Shown here piece after piece: positions 48,985 to 62,455 of a stretch of 64,000 bases of DNA. Numbering within the stretch: the first letter of the stretch is position 1; every line of letters starts with the position of its first letter. Source of the DNA: Hydrolagus colliei (lineage: Eukaryota); NCBI GenBank assembly GCA_035084275.1, contig CM068743.1, positions 23,498,001 through 23,562,000 on the forward strand. Reading direction: 5' to 3'. The position numbers were made by a program, and so were the translations under genes. A model generated the notes under the pieces. That model had not been told where the DNA came from. It did no database searches and saw only the letters and a program-made list of their open reading frames with translations.

Positions 48985-49230
48985 GTTCGGCGATCGTGCC
49001 TTCAGCCCCTACGCCCCAAGGCTCTGGAACTTCCTTCCTCACTCCCTTCGCCTCGCCCCCTCTCTTCCCAGTTTCAGGTCCCAGCTAAAGACCTTTCTCG
49101 CAACCACGCCTTTGGTCACCTTTCTCCCCCTGCCCCTGTCTCTCCCCCAGGATTGGTTATTGTGAAGCCCTCTGAAATGCCGTCCGGCATGGAGCAAGCT
49201 ATATAAATCGAAGTTGTTGAGGTTGTTGTT
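48985..49230 (+). mobile_element. L2 3' fragment, subfamily A
   Basis: [37 protein letters not shown] in ORF 48956..49165; (gtt)n tail. Confidence 0.9.
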
Positions 49231-50236
49231 GAAATTACTTCTTAAAGCGGGTCACAGATCCTCTATAAGAAAGCTGCTAACAGACCTCACAGTATGAAGA
49301 GTCTGCACTTGCTGTGCCCTCTATCCCAGAACTTGTCTCTGTCGTTGTGTTGTTAACTATCAATTACACCCTTGGAAAAATGTCCTCTCTGCCTGAGCAT
49401 ACTAAGTCTTGAGGCTTTTTATACCTTCAATTCTATGAAAAGGGATATAATCATCCCCACCACTGGCAAATTGTTAGGACAAGCTGAAAGCCCTTCACAA
49501 CATATAGAGAGAAAAGTGAAGGGGCTTCCTTCTGATTGATCCTCTCTGCTTTTATACCCCTTCTGCTTTTCGTACCACTTCTGGTTATGGTGGCTGCAGA
49601 CAGACTTTACTTTTAGAACGGTGCAAAAGCAATCTAGAACTTTACTGTGTGAATGTGCATTCTTGTGTGGTTGATGTGCAAGAAATTGATCTCTGCAATG
49701 TCCATGCAATGTGCATACAACTACTGGAAATTGAATGGGTGGAACCTAGCGTACCATGAGGAAGATCCCAAGTGGTAAATTCTGTATTTTTTCAGGAAAT
49801 TATCTAAAACAGCTTGTGTATTGCCAGCAGCTAATTTTGCCACAGGGGATTGTGTGCATCTGGTAACCCATTTCTTTCAATTACAACTGGTTGTTGCAAT
49901 GAATAATATATAAGCGCCCTGGTTTGTGCTGGACGGGATTACTTTTATAAATTATTAAATTTGTAAAAAATGTTGCTTTTAATTTTATTAAACATCGTTT
50001 TATTGTAATTGGGGAAAGCCAAGGCCGTTGGTTGAAATATTAATATGGTGCGCCACAGGTTGATGGCCTGCAGGTGATCTCCTGCTCCAGCCTAGTGGGA
50101 AAGGGAAGGGTTCAGGTGGCAGATGGCAGGTGGACGTGGAGGCCAGATGTTGCTTCCGGAGATCAAGTATTCCCTGGTGCCTTTTCCCTCTTCCGCATGG
50201 CTGGCTGAAGAATGTGACCAGCAGAAGTCTGAAAAT

Positions 50237-50555
50237 GGATTCCTGTAGGTTAGCGGTTAGGGCACTTGCAAGATGATCAGGGTTCGATTCCCGGGTAGGG
50301 CGAAGCGTTAGGCAAGTTTCCTTACACGCCTTCATTTATCTAGCAGTAAGTAGGAACCCGATTCTTAGTCAACTGGTAGCTTTCAGGGGGTAATAATTTC
50401 TGTTTAAAAAATTTAGTGTTTTTGGGCACTGGCAATCGGCTGCCGCTTTTTGCCCACAAAATATACAGTAAATTCCCTTTACTGTATATTCTGTGAAGCG
50501 CTTGAGACGTCGCAATGACATAAGACACTATATCAAATGCAAGGATCATTATTAT
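50237..50555 (+). mobile_element. tRNA-derived SINE, long form with internal deletion
   Basis: B-box gggttcgattccc, ctagcagtaagtaggaaccc module and standard tail. Confidence 0.85.
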
Positions 50556-51396
50556 AATTTCAAGCTATTTCAAGCTTAATCCCAAAATGTTCTGTGTCTA
50601 TTGTTATTTATAGAACTGTACAAGATTGAAGAAATGTTAGGGAAGAAAACACAAATATTTTATAATATATCTGATATTAAATATGATGTGCAGAATAGAT
50701 TTCTCATCAAATATGTTAAGAAAATCAGTACAATTTTGTCACTCACTCCATGACTGTTTGTGCGACCTTGCTGAGTGCAATCTGGTTGCTGTATTTTGAC
50801 CACAAAATACACCAACAATCCACTTTATTATAGTCTATCCTGTGAAGCGCTTTGAAATGTCTGATAAGGCGAATTACAGTGATAAGGTGCTGCACCAAAT
50901 GTAAGGATTGTTATTATCATTATTGTCAATTTTTCATCTGACTGACTGACTATTTCAGCACAGCGGGTTGCACCTGGAGTCAGCTTTAATCATTGCATTT
51001 TATTTTCACCCTAAAGCTGTTATGAAATATATACGCTTTTTTCAACCAATGTCCATTCCATTACAGACAGAGATCTCGCCATATAGGCCTTTGCTTGCTG
51101 ACCTCCCTCAGAGTGCTACAGTTGTTCAGATTTCTAGTGGAGTTTATCTTATTCTGTCACCACACATTACCAGTCAGTTCTCCACATCACCTGAAGCAAC
51201 GTTTCTGTTTTAAAGATTAGTCTGCACAATGGCAAATTCAGATATAAATCCTTCCCAATTCCCAATAAGCTGGTAAAGAATGTACACCCTGTGTCGTTCA
51301 TTCTTCCTGCCACCCATGGAATTGAGCTCCAGTAGAGATCTGGAAGTTTTTTTCATTAACTTCACAATGAACGTTGGCTCCACCCTTTGTAGATAT

Positions 51397-51701
51397 GGAG
51401 TCCTGTAGCTCCATGGTTAAAGCACAAGCGAGAGTTCTGGGTTTGATTCCTGGCAGGATGAAATCTTGGACAGGTTCTCTTGCTGCACATGCCTGATAAT
51501 AATCCCTCAAGAAAATAAACAATAAAAATGTGGTCACTCAATCCACGAATGTTCATGGGACACTTCTGTACCTAATTGGCTGCCACATTTCACCCACAAA
51601 TATACAGTCAATTCATTTTACAGTATATTCTATGAAGTGCTTTGAGACGTCTAGAAGACGTGAAAAGCGTTATATCAAATGCAAGGATTATTATTATTAT
51701 T
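51397..51701 (+). mobile_element. tRNA-derived SINE, short form
   Basis: ggagtcctgtagctcc head; tail gagacgtctagaagacgtgaaaagcg..ggattattattattatt. Confidence 0.9.
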
Positions 51702-53559
51702 AAAGAAGTAAAGAGATAAGATGTGCAAAATTCCCAACTCGAGAGCTTGCCTGCCTTTTATATGGAAGCGCATTCCCTTTAAGCTAATTGGGAGCAGAGA
51801 TGCCTTCTGTACAATTGTCCCAATTGTATATGAGGGATTGTTGGTAAGGACATTGGAAGAAATGTTCCTTTTCGAATGGTATTGTATGCTCTTTAATGTA
51901 CCCGTGAACAGGCAGAAAGAATCTTGGTTTAATGTTGCATCTGAAGGCCAGCACCCCCAAACACTGCATTGGAGTATCAGCCTTGTCTATGAGTTCCAGG
52001 TATTGACATGAGCTTGACCTCACAACCTTCTATTCCAAAGTGAGAATGCAACTAACTGAGTCACATTTAACGTGGGGCATGTAGTTGACGAGCACAAGGC
52101 TTGGGTATTCTGGCAACAGCCAGCCTTCCAATACATCTGTACTATTTGCTCCATGGATACAGCCCTGGTAAAAAGCACCTTCACAACTCCATTTGTCTCA
52201 GTTTAATGATAGCCAAATGAATTTCATGTCTTGTCATTTCATGAAATCGAACTGAATATTGACCTATTGTATATGTCGACATGAACTGAGATTGCTTTCA
52301 TTTTCTTTGGTTTTAATTATCCTCTCTCTAGGGCCTGCGCAATTTGAGAGTTGTCCAATTACCTCACAGTATCAAATCTGTAAGATGCCATCAGTTAGTC
52401 TGATGATCATTACTGTGCTCACTTGTTCCCCCAACACAGAATTGTCCTGTTTTAAATAGTATGTGAGAAATACAGTGATGCTTTGGCGTAAACAACAAAA
52501 CTGTGGTTGGAGAAGTTCTGACCTACAATGATTTTCCGGACTATCATTTCAAGCAGATACAACTTACAAGCAGATACAACTCCACAACTATTTGTGGGAC
52601 ACTGCTGTGCGCAATTGGCTGCCGCGATTCACGGTCAATTCACTTTACAGTATATTCTGTGGCGCTTTGGGACGTCGATAAGATGTGAAAAGCGCTATAT
52701 AAAATGCAAGGATTATTATTATTATTATCCTTTCTATGAAAAGGCCTACCTGGAATGAACTATCTTCTGCTGTAGTGACCTAGTTGACTGTCTCAGGCAG
52801 GTGGTCAGTCTTGCGTTTGTATTCCTGTGCAGAATGACCACCTGGCTATAATGACAGTCCCACATGTGACAATAACAGAGGGTTGCAAAGCAATGGCTTT
52901 TCATTTGCATTTGCCGCAGCTCCGTACTGGTTGCCAAACCAGATAGGGTTGAGGAACCACCTTCAAATCTAGAAAGCCAGAATTCGGAATAACATTTTAC
53001 AGATGCCTCTCTAGTTTAGCTGACCTATGTGGAGGACCTGATTGGGTATCTATCTGACAGATATGGGACAGATTACCAGATGTTCTTCCATCCAAACTGA
53101 GGCTTGGATAATGAATGATTTAAATGTACAATGCACAATGTAATTAAAACATGCACTTTGAAGATCATGCTGACAATTTAAGTCCATCATTGTGTATCTG
53201 CATTATGTATTTTGACAACTAAAAATGACTCTTGTTGCTAAATGTTCAATTGCACATTAGATTTGATTGAAGAAAAACCTTCATCCAATTTGGCCTCATC
53301 CTCTCCCAATACAAATGCTATTACAACAGCAAGCTGTTTATAATGTGTCTTAATATTCTAGCCTCTTTCCTGATAACCTCTTCTTACTTATCCTTCACAA
53401 CCTTGAACCTGTTGACCTCTTGTTCTACTGTCTTAGACTATCTGAAAATATTGTTCTGGATTTACTTTTAACAATCTCATCAAGGAACCTATATGCCTCT
53501 AACTCTGAGGTGGCTCTTCTCAAAGCTAAAGTGTGATAGCTTATCACATTGCCTCCCCC

Positions 53560-54160
53560 ACTTTCAAAACCCTTCTAAGAAACTCTTCAGAAACTCACTG
53601 AGAAATGTGCTTCACCCCTTGTGCTTTCCAAGTATAACCTTCTCCAATCTGCCTTTCATCTCTAAGGTGCTGGAACAAATAGTCATATCCTAGTTTGCTT
53701 GTTCATTCCCTGCTATTCTCGAATGCTTCCAATCCTGTTTTCACCCCAAACACAGCAACAAGATTACCCGTCAGAGTCACCAGTAACTTTCTCTCCATCT
53801 GTCACCGGAACTTTCTCTGGCTTCTTTGTTCTCCTTAATCTCTTTGCCACCTTTGAGACCATCGACAATGGTCTTTCTCCACCATCTTCTCCCTGCTCAT
53901 CCTCACAATTCTGTTCTATCCTGGTTTTGTCTTTCCTATCTCAACATCTTTATTTCATCTGTTGTAACAGCTTTCCTCTTGCTCTGCACAGTTGTCTGCA
54001 ATGGTCTTTATCCTTTGCATTCTCTTTATCACAATCTCTATGCTCACACTTGGTGATACATTCCGCAGGCACGAGATCTGCTTTGACATGTACACCAATG
54101 ACACTCAACACAACCTCACAGAGCCTGTGTAGATCGTTAGTGTCTTGTCTGATCCCAAAC
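53560..54160 (+). mobile_element. Very old L2 RT relic
   Basis: SNLPFISKVLEQIV (ORF 53493..53693) and VLLNLFATFETID (ORF 53699..54187) resemble L2 RT motifs. Confidence 0.65.
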
Positions 54161-55517
54161 TTTTGTTGCAACCTTATACTGAAGTAAAGACTGCCTTTCC
54201 AAGAGGGAGTGAGTTAGGTACTTGACCTCTGCCAGTACAGTATTTGGAAGGCTCCAGTCAGTTACAGGCTGCAGAAGAACAAATAAGAACTTTTACTTTC
54301 AGATAAGATAATTGAGAAACAATTCAAAGATTACAGGTGTCACCAAACAAAAGTGTTTGAGGGTGTTAACCCATTTTACACATAGAGTTATGTTTTAGTG
54401 GTTCTTAAAGGCAGTGAAGGAAGGTGCAAGATGCAGTGTTTTGGGGGAGAGAATGCAAGACTGAGCCACCATTAGTGGGACAAAGGGAATGAGCAGTGTC
54501 GAGGTACAGTGTCGGTCACCACCACTGAAAAAAACACTGCCATAAAAATATTATGTGTGTCATAACAATTTGATATATTTATCACTGATGATAATTTAAT
54601 TATATATTCTGTTGAGTCGATATGTGTTCAATAGTTATCACTCAGTGATAATTACATTGAATCGCTTATGAAACCTTGTGTATTTACCCCATTGTTTCAA
54701 AGACATGCTCAAAGTATTGTTTATTTCTTCTAATTCTCTACAAAGGACCAAAACAAAACATATTCACAGAGATAAAGGTATTGTAATAAAGGGACCTCTC
54801 CTGAAGGCTTATTGCCAATATCCTTTAAGTGGCCAAGCCACCCATTTAATCTCCCATCAATATCAGAAATGATGGACAGTGTAATTTGACAGTAAATGAA
54901 TTTATCCCAAGGCCATTCCTAGGTATTTGGGAGGAAAGTGAAAAAAAATCATCTTTCACAGACAATGTGTGAGCTGCAGAGGCTCTCTGACTGGTAGACA
55001 TCTGGGAGCTGAGCACTATCTGGCAGGGTTTCAGTCTAAATAAGTAAGATTGCTGCAAGCTAATAAAACAGCGATAGAACTGATGTGTGAAATTGTGACG
55101 CACGCTTCAAATCTGTTTGGAAGATTAATTTGTCCAATTTTCAAATGGAATGTAATAATTGGCTATTGCGTGGGTCCTTCTATGTTTGGTAAATCATTTG
55201 AGAAATGGTACCCTTTGCTGGAAACACCATTATGCTAGTCGTATGCATAACACACGGATACATGTATGTGTATGTGCTACAGCATAATGCACCCACACGT
55301 TTACATGAAAAACACAGGAAACTTTGGTATACACATCGCTTGTTCCAAAGTTTAAAAGGGATTATTCCTTAAGTGGCTTTGCCTGTAGGTAGCAGAGTTC
55401 TACTTATATGTACTGACATATTGCATTTGAAGAAAGAGATCTTAATAAAATTAGATGGGTCAAGCTTGAGGCTTCCTCTTGCCAGAATAGTTCCAGGGCC
55501 AGCTTCACTACAGCATA

Positions 55518-55880
55518 ACAACAACAAAATTACACTTGTATAGCGCCTTTCGCGTCAGGAGGACGTCCTAAGGTGCTAGACAGTCATTGTTTCGGACCCG
55601 AGCTGGGGGGGATTTGAGGTGACTGATGGGACCGTGGAAGAGGAGGGACTTGAGGAGGGACTTGAAAGAGGCCAGGGAGGGGACGAGGCAGAGGGTCTGC
55701 TGGATGGAGTTCCAGAGTTTGGGGGCAGAATGGCTGAAGGCTCGCCCTTGGGGGAGCGGGTGGGTCGGGGGACATGGAGCAGGCCGGAGCATGCTGAGTG
55801 GAGGGAGCGGGCAGGTTGGTAGGTGGTTAGGAGGTCACAGAGGTAGGGTGGGGCGAGGCCTTGGAGGTCTTTGACCTTGA
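55518..55880 (-). mobile_element. L2 3' fragment, subfamily B
   Basis: Minus ORF GRAFSHSAPKLWNSI..FKSLLKSLLF; (caa)n tail. Confidence 0.9.
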
Positions 55881-57495
55881 ATGTGAAACATGTCTATTAC
55901 GGGATAGAATCTGGACCAGTTTCACTACGGAGTAGATCTACCACCATTTCAGGAACACATTTAGGCATTTTGAATTAGAGTCTAAGAATTGCTAGTCTCT
56001 CACCAAAGGATCAGAGCACACTCCTTTGTAACCTGCAAATTGTATCACACTAGTGGCAGAATGCAGTAATAAGAATGCAAATAACAGATGCTTGTCATTG
56101 TTTCAGATTCTGAAAGGACTTTTTACTCTGTTGTTTGTGTTTGGCTATTATTCCCCAAGCTACAGGGTGGCATTTAGTGAAGTGTTTCTGTAACCCTTAC
56201 AGTGACAGCAGCTCCAGGGAATTCTGTGTCCCTGCATTTAGCTCAATACTCTACACTATGACATTGCCATGTTTGGGAGATTTTGCTCTCCAGTGTATGA
56301 AATTACTTTCAGGGAAATAAATAAATCAAGAGTCTAAATAAATGTTCTCAGCTCCTGCACGTCACCTTGTTGCCCCCAAGTGATGTGAATAAATAGAACT
56401 GCACTCCCTGCTTTTGTTCCTATCAAAAGTGTTATCATAACATATATAGGAATAATAGAGTCACAGTCAAACCTCATATAAATGGCTGAGATAAACTGTT
56501 TTCGGAGCATTAATTGAAGCAGTCCTGGCACTGATTGGAAAATGATAAATATTTTATTCACCCCTCCCAAACCATCAGCACACATATACTACTGGAATTG
56601 AACAAATATTCAATTTTCCGGTTTGCAAGCTGCCATGTTTACTAGCCACAAGATTCGAGGGGGTTAATTATATCTTGCTCAAAAATGTTTAGACCTGTGG
56701 CTAACCCGACACGAGATTCATATGATAGCAGCTTAGAGCACACGCAGTCTGAACTGTCTGCAGTTGCTCAGAAACCAAACAGAATTGGGCTGTTCTTAAT
56801 AATCAGAGATCATGTGCTCTTGTGGACCTGAAATATGTGGTGTCTCCCTGTTGTGGTGTTAATTCACACTGCCATTAACAGCTGGATGGAGAGTTCTTAC
56901 ACAGTTGCACTGCAGAGCTTTACATCTGTGTCTGCTGTTCAGCAATGGTTCCATTTACGTGACATGTGTAAACAAGATGAACCAAAACCTGGGTGTAACT
57001 GCGTGTGTACAGAAAGGTTTTCCTTAATTATGCAACTAATAACCAATCAGTTATCATTGATACAGTTCATAAATAATCTTTCACATTAACTAGAAGAGCA
57101 TCATTCTGATATAAATCACTGAGATAACCTCCGGGCCTTTACATGTGTGACTGATTTCCTAGGTGGAGGTTGCCATCACATGGATTGAGTTGCCACACAG
57201 GTCAATTGGCTTGGGAGATGGTGCGTGAAGGAGCAGGGTGTTTTGACATTCTAAATGAAGACTAACTGTCATTGATTGATGAGTTACTTAAAAGAGGTCA
57301 TAAATTGAGGAATAATGACAGAGGAAGAAAAATTAAAGCAACGTTTAGGAGTAAATACTTGAAAAATAATATGAAACGGTGCAGAGAAAATTGGCAAAAT
57401 GATCTAACGATGGATAACTCCAGGGGGTGCAGTCATCAGCCCAGTCACAATCGACCACATGCTCTCCTTCTGTCCTATCGCTGCTATCATTATAT

Positions 57496-57812
57496 GATAA
57501 TAATAATCCTTACGTTTGATGTACCGCTTTTCACATCTTATCAACAATGTCTCAAAGCGCTTCACAGAGTATACTGTAAAGTGAATCTACTGTATATTTG
57601 TGGGCGAAACGCGACAGCCAATTGCGCACAGCAGTGTCCCACAAACAGTCAAGGATTGAAATGACCAATTTTTATTATTTTGCTTTTTGGAGGGATTATT
57701 ATTAGGCATGTGGAGTAAGGAAATTTGCCCAAGATTTCACCCTGATCTGCCTGGATTCGAACACAGGTCTCACGTTTGTAAGGCGAGTTCTCTAACCACT
57801 GAGCTACAGGAG
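57496..57812 (-). mobile_element. tRNA-derived SINE, short form
   Basis: (aat)n tail; ends ctaaccactgagctacagga. Confidence 0.9.
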
Positions 57813-58388
57813 CTATGATGATCAGTTGTAATAAATAGATTGTGGCTGTGTATAATCATTGGTTTGTCAGTTATCAAAACATCATTAACTTGTGTTTGTT
57901 TATTTTCCCTGTGTAGAATTTGCAAAATTGGATTAGCTTTTGTTGCAGTAATCTGTCATTTCCTATAATGGCATAGCAATATAATGGATTCTCTATAAAA
58001 AATTAAACATGCTCAACATCTCTTGGCTGAGCAGCAGGACAATTGTTTTGCTGCCTGTGATCCTAGTTGTTCACTGTTCAGTAAAATTAAAGGCTATTAA
58101 TAGTGAGAGTGCTTTTTGATAAAGGGTTATACAGTAGAAACAAAGTCCTCGCCCTTGTCTATAATTCCTTTATGCCCTAGCATCTCTCTATCTCTCCAAT
58201 CTTTTCATGCCCCACTATTCTGCTCACCCCCTCCAATCAGCTAACTCAGGCTGATTGGAGTGCGTGAGCAGATCAGGCTCCAATCAGCTAACTCACCCTT
58301 CACCCCCACCCTGTCATCATTGGTGATCAAGCCATCAGCCACTGCACAGCTGGAAATCCCTCTGTCCACCCTTCTGACTCGTGGAGTG

Positions 58389-58740
58389 GAGTCCTATAGC
58401 TCAGTGGTTAGAGCACTGGCCTTACAAGCGAGAGACTGGGTTCAATTCCATGCAGGGTGAAACCTTGGGCATGTTTCTTTACTCCACATGCCTGATTCCA
58501 ATTTAAAAAAAAACAATAGCAAATTGGTCATTTCAGTCCATGACTGTTTGTGGGACACTGCTGTGTGCAATTGGCTGCAATGTTTTGTCAACATAGTTGA
58601 CAAAACATAGTTGACAAAACATGGCAGCCAAGTCAACTCACTTTATAGTCTATTCTGTGAAGTGCTTTGAGATATCCAGAAGATATAAAATGTGCAATAT
58701 AAAATGCAAGGATTATTATTATCATTATTACTATTATGAT
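58389..58740 (+). mobile_element. tRNA-derived SINE, short form, with internal inverted duplication
   Basis: ggagtcctatagctcagtggttagagcactggccttacaagcgagagactgggttcaattcc head and standard tail. Confidence 0.9.
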
Positions 58741-58749
58741 TAAAGGCTT

Positions 58750-60461
58750 AGCTACCTTTAAATCCTGCCTATCTCTTCCTCCGCCTTCTCTGCTGTCATC
58801 CAAAAAATGAAACCCACCAAATGCTCCCTTAACCCCATCCCCACCTCTCTCATTATCTTCCAGCTCCACCCCCGACACCCCTCCTAATTGACATAATCAA
58901 CCTCTCCCTGTCCACCAGCACTGTTCCCACCACTCTAAAAACAACTCTCACCACCCCCACCCTGAAAAAATCTTTCCTGGACCCATCCCTGCTCTCTAGA
59001 TACCGCCCCATCTCCAACCTCCCATTATTCTCTAAGGCCCTGGAATGAGTCGTTGCATCCCAGTTTCATTCCTTTCTCTCTCGCCATTCCGTCTTTGAAC
59101 ACCTTCAATACAGTTTCCGTGCTGCCCATAACACGGAGACAACCCTGGTCAAAGTCTCTAATGACATTCTAAACATCTGTGATCAGGGCTCTCTCTGCCT
59201 CCTTGTCCTCCTTGACATCTCTGCTGCCTTCAACATTGTCGACCACTACATCCTCCCACATCAACTCTCCTCCCCGTTCAAACTTCATGGACCTGCTCTC
59301 GCCTGGTTCAACTCTTGCCTCTCTCACTGTCTCCACTTTGTCACCACCAATGGCTTCTCCTCTAGCCCCTGCACTATCACCCGTGGTGTCCCCCAGGGCT
59401 CTGTCCTTGGCCCCCTACTTTTCAATATCTACATGCTCCCCACTGGTGAAATCATCTGCAGACACACATTCAACTTCCAAATGTATGCGGGTGACACCCA
59501 ACTCTTATCTTTCTGCCTCTACCCTCGATTCCAGGACCACTGCTGTTCTAACAAACTGTCAGACATCAAGTCCTGGATGAGAGCTAACTTTCTATAATTG
59601 AATGTCAACAAGACCGAGGCGCTCCTGATTGGCTCGCGCCAGTGCCTTCAGTGCATCAAGGACTGGCAGCATCAACCTCCATGTTTGCACATTCCACCTC
59701 ACCAAGCCAATCAAGAACCTAGGTGTCTTGTTCAATCCTCAGCTGTCTTTCCTCACCTACATTCAAGCCATGACCCACTCTGCCTTCACTCACCTCCACA
59801 ACATTGCCCAACTCCATCCACCATTACCTCAACCCACAGGTCGCTGAAACTCTCATTCATGCCTTCATCACATCCAGGCTCGACTACGCCAACAGCCTAC
59901 TTGTCAGCCTTCCCAATTCCTCCCTTCATAGGCTACAAATCATCCAGAACTCTGCAGCTCGTGTCCTCTACCACTCCCAAGTTCCGTGACTCCATCTCCC
60001 TCATTCTCGCCCAATTCCATTGGCTCCCCATCACCCAGAGGATTCAATTCAAGATCTGGTTCTCACCTTCAAAGCCCTCCAAGGCCTCGCTCCACCCTAT
60101 CTTTGCAATTTCCTAACTCCCTACCAACTTGCCTGCTCCCTCCGCTCAGTGGGCACCAGCCTGCTCCATATCCCCCGATCCGCTCCATGTCCCCTGACCC
60201 ACCTGCCCCATCATCGGCGGGCGAGCCTTCAGCCACTCTGCCCCGAACCTCTGGAATTCCATCCCACAGTCCCTCCACCTCGACCCTTCCCTAGCATTCG
60301 TCAAGTCGCGCCTTAACACCCTCCTCTTCGACTGTCCCATTGGTCACCCCAAATCTCCTCCTTTCCCTCCCCGATCCCGACCCCAAACATTGACTTTCCA
60401 GCAACGTGGGACGTCCTCCCAACGTGAAAGGTGCTATACAAATTTAATTTTGTTGTTATTG
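58750..60461 (+). mobile_element. L2 LINE subfamily B, about 1.7 kb, disrupted RT
   Basis: YRPISNLP, GVPQGSVLGPLLFNIYM..MYAGDTQL (YADD mutated) and HAFITSRLDYANSLL; stops and frameshifts; (ttg)n tail. Confidence 0.92.
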
Positions 60462-61482
60462 CCTACAAACCTTCCTCGGTGACCTTCCCTATAGTCCCCT
60501 TCCACTCTTCCCTAGCTTAGTATCAGACTCTGTCTTTATGAAGCTCTTCAGAATATTGCATGTATTGCACAATACAAACAAACCCTGTTTCCTGACACTG
60601 TTTATATTGTGCTGTCACAGTCTGTCAGTACAGAATGTAAACACAACACTTCACTGGACCATCAGCAATTCATTGTTAATGTATTTGAAACAGCATGAAT
60701 GGGTCTGGATTTGAGTGGGAGAATCTGAGAAAAGAGACATGTGTGTCTGCAGCAAAATGTCACAATTAACAACGTTCAAAAATCACCCTGTGAAAATGTC
60801 CCTTTACAATTCAATTTCCACCAAACTTGAATCCATATACAGTCGTGTGCACAAAGTCTCCTCCTGTCTCTCTCTCTTCTCGCAAACCCCAACAATTCCT
60901 CTGCAAGATATCGACAGTAAATTCATACTGCTGCCTGCCTGTCCCGGGTCCTGCAACACTGACAGGATCGCATAGTCAGGTGCAGCTGGAGACAGGATAA
61001 TGCCTCACATTATCCTGACAAATATGCCCAAATGACAGCCTCGGGAGAATGGTTCCGAATGTATGTCTTTCCAATTTCCCTGTATTTCCAGCCTCACCTT
61101 TTGGCCTACCTGATTAATTTCAGCCAGTTTAGCGGCAGATCCGACACCTCCCTAGTGCAGTTTCACCCTGTGGGCACGCATAGTAAAATGATCGCCCTTG
61201 TATTTGATATGGAGCCTTTCACTTCGGGAAGATACCTGCAAGCACTTTACAGGATATACTGTGCAGTGCAGTAACTGCATTCTGCAGGCGAGTGCATCAC
61301 CCACAGGCAGATGTGACAAAACTCCAAACTCCAGACACCAGGAAGTTTGTCTTTACTCGGAGGGTATTGACTGGAACAGGTTGGCAGGAAAGGTGGTTAA
61401 GGCAGGAAACTGGACACATTTAAAAAGCAACTTGATGCAGTGATGGCAGGGTGGTAGGGTGGGCATTCCGAAGGGAAGAGAT

Positions 61483-61921
61483 CTGGTTTAAGATCCTCGT
61501 CCTCACCTACAAGGCCTTACACGGCCTTACCCCATCCTACTTAACCAATCTACTCTCCCCCTACACGCCCATCCGGACCCTCCGTTCAACAGGACTTGGC
61601 CTGCTCCAAGCCCCCCGCCCGAACCGCCCCATCATCAGAGGCCGGGCCTTCAGTTTCTCCGCTCCCACCTTATGGAATGCCATCCCTCAATCCCTCCATT
61701 TCGTCTCTTCCCTTTCCTCTTTCAAGGCCGGTTTGAAGACTTTCCTCTTCGATCGTGCCTTTTGTTCCACCCCGAACTCTTTTACCTCCCCTTCGTGTTT
61801 CACCTCTTCCCAAACACTCCCCTCCCAGCTCGGGTCACACACCTCCTGTTCAGCGCCTTGGGACGTCCTCCCGACGTGAAAGGCGCTCTATAAATGTAAA
61901 TTGTTGTTGTTGTTGTTGTTG
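61483..61921 (+). mobile_element. L2 3' fragment, subfamily C
   Basis: FKILVLTYKALHGLTPSYL..GRAFSFSAPTLWNAIP..FKAGLKTFLF; (ttg)n tail. Confidence 0.92.
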
Positions 61922-62081
61922 GTGGGCCAAAGGACTTCACATCCAAACCAGTGTAGTGATCTTGTGAGATCCTTAGTGGAGCTACCTGTTCACATTGAGC
62001 ATTCAGAGATTTTGCATATGGTTCATATAATTCCAGATTTGTGTGTGAAATGTCAGTATTTTGTAAAGTTAACCTATATAT

Positions 62082-62455
62082 GGAGTCCATGTAATCCTGT
62101 AGATTAGGGTTAGAGCACTTGCCTCGCAAGCGAAATAATTTGGGATTGATTCCCGGGCAGGAAGAAACATTGGGCAGGTTTCCTTACTCCACACTCCTCT
62201 GCTTGCCTAACAGTAAGATGGAACCCGGTTGTTAGTCGATTGGCAGATCATTTTTCTGATAATCTAGTAATAATCCCTTTGAATAATAATAATTTGATCA
62301 CTCAATCCACGACTGTTTGTTGGACACTGCTGTGTGTAGTTGGCTACCGCATTTCACTCACACAATTCACTTAACAATACGTTCTGTGAAGCACTTTGAC
62401 ATGTCTCGAAGATGTGATGAGATGCTATATCAAATGCAAGGATTATTCATTTTAT
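62082..62455 (+). mobile_element. tRNA-derived SINE, long form
   Basis: Head ggttagagcacttgcc, module ggaacccggttgttagtcgattggcagatc and standard tail. Confidence 0.85.

Noticed and set aside
58389-58460. tRNA gene calls at SINE heads
   Set aside because: Heads are continuous with SINE bodies, diverged among copies and lack a proper acceptor stem and terminator.
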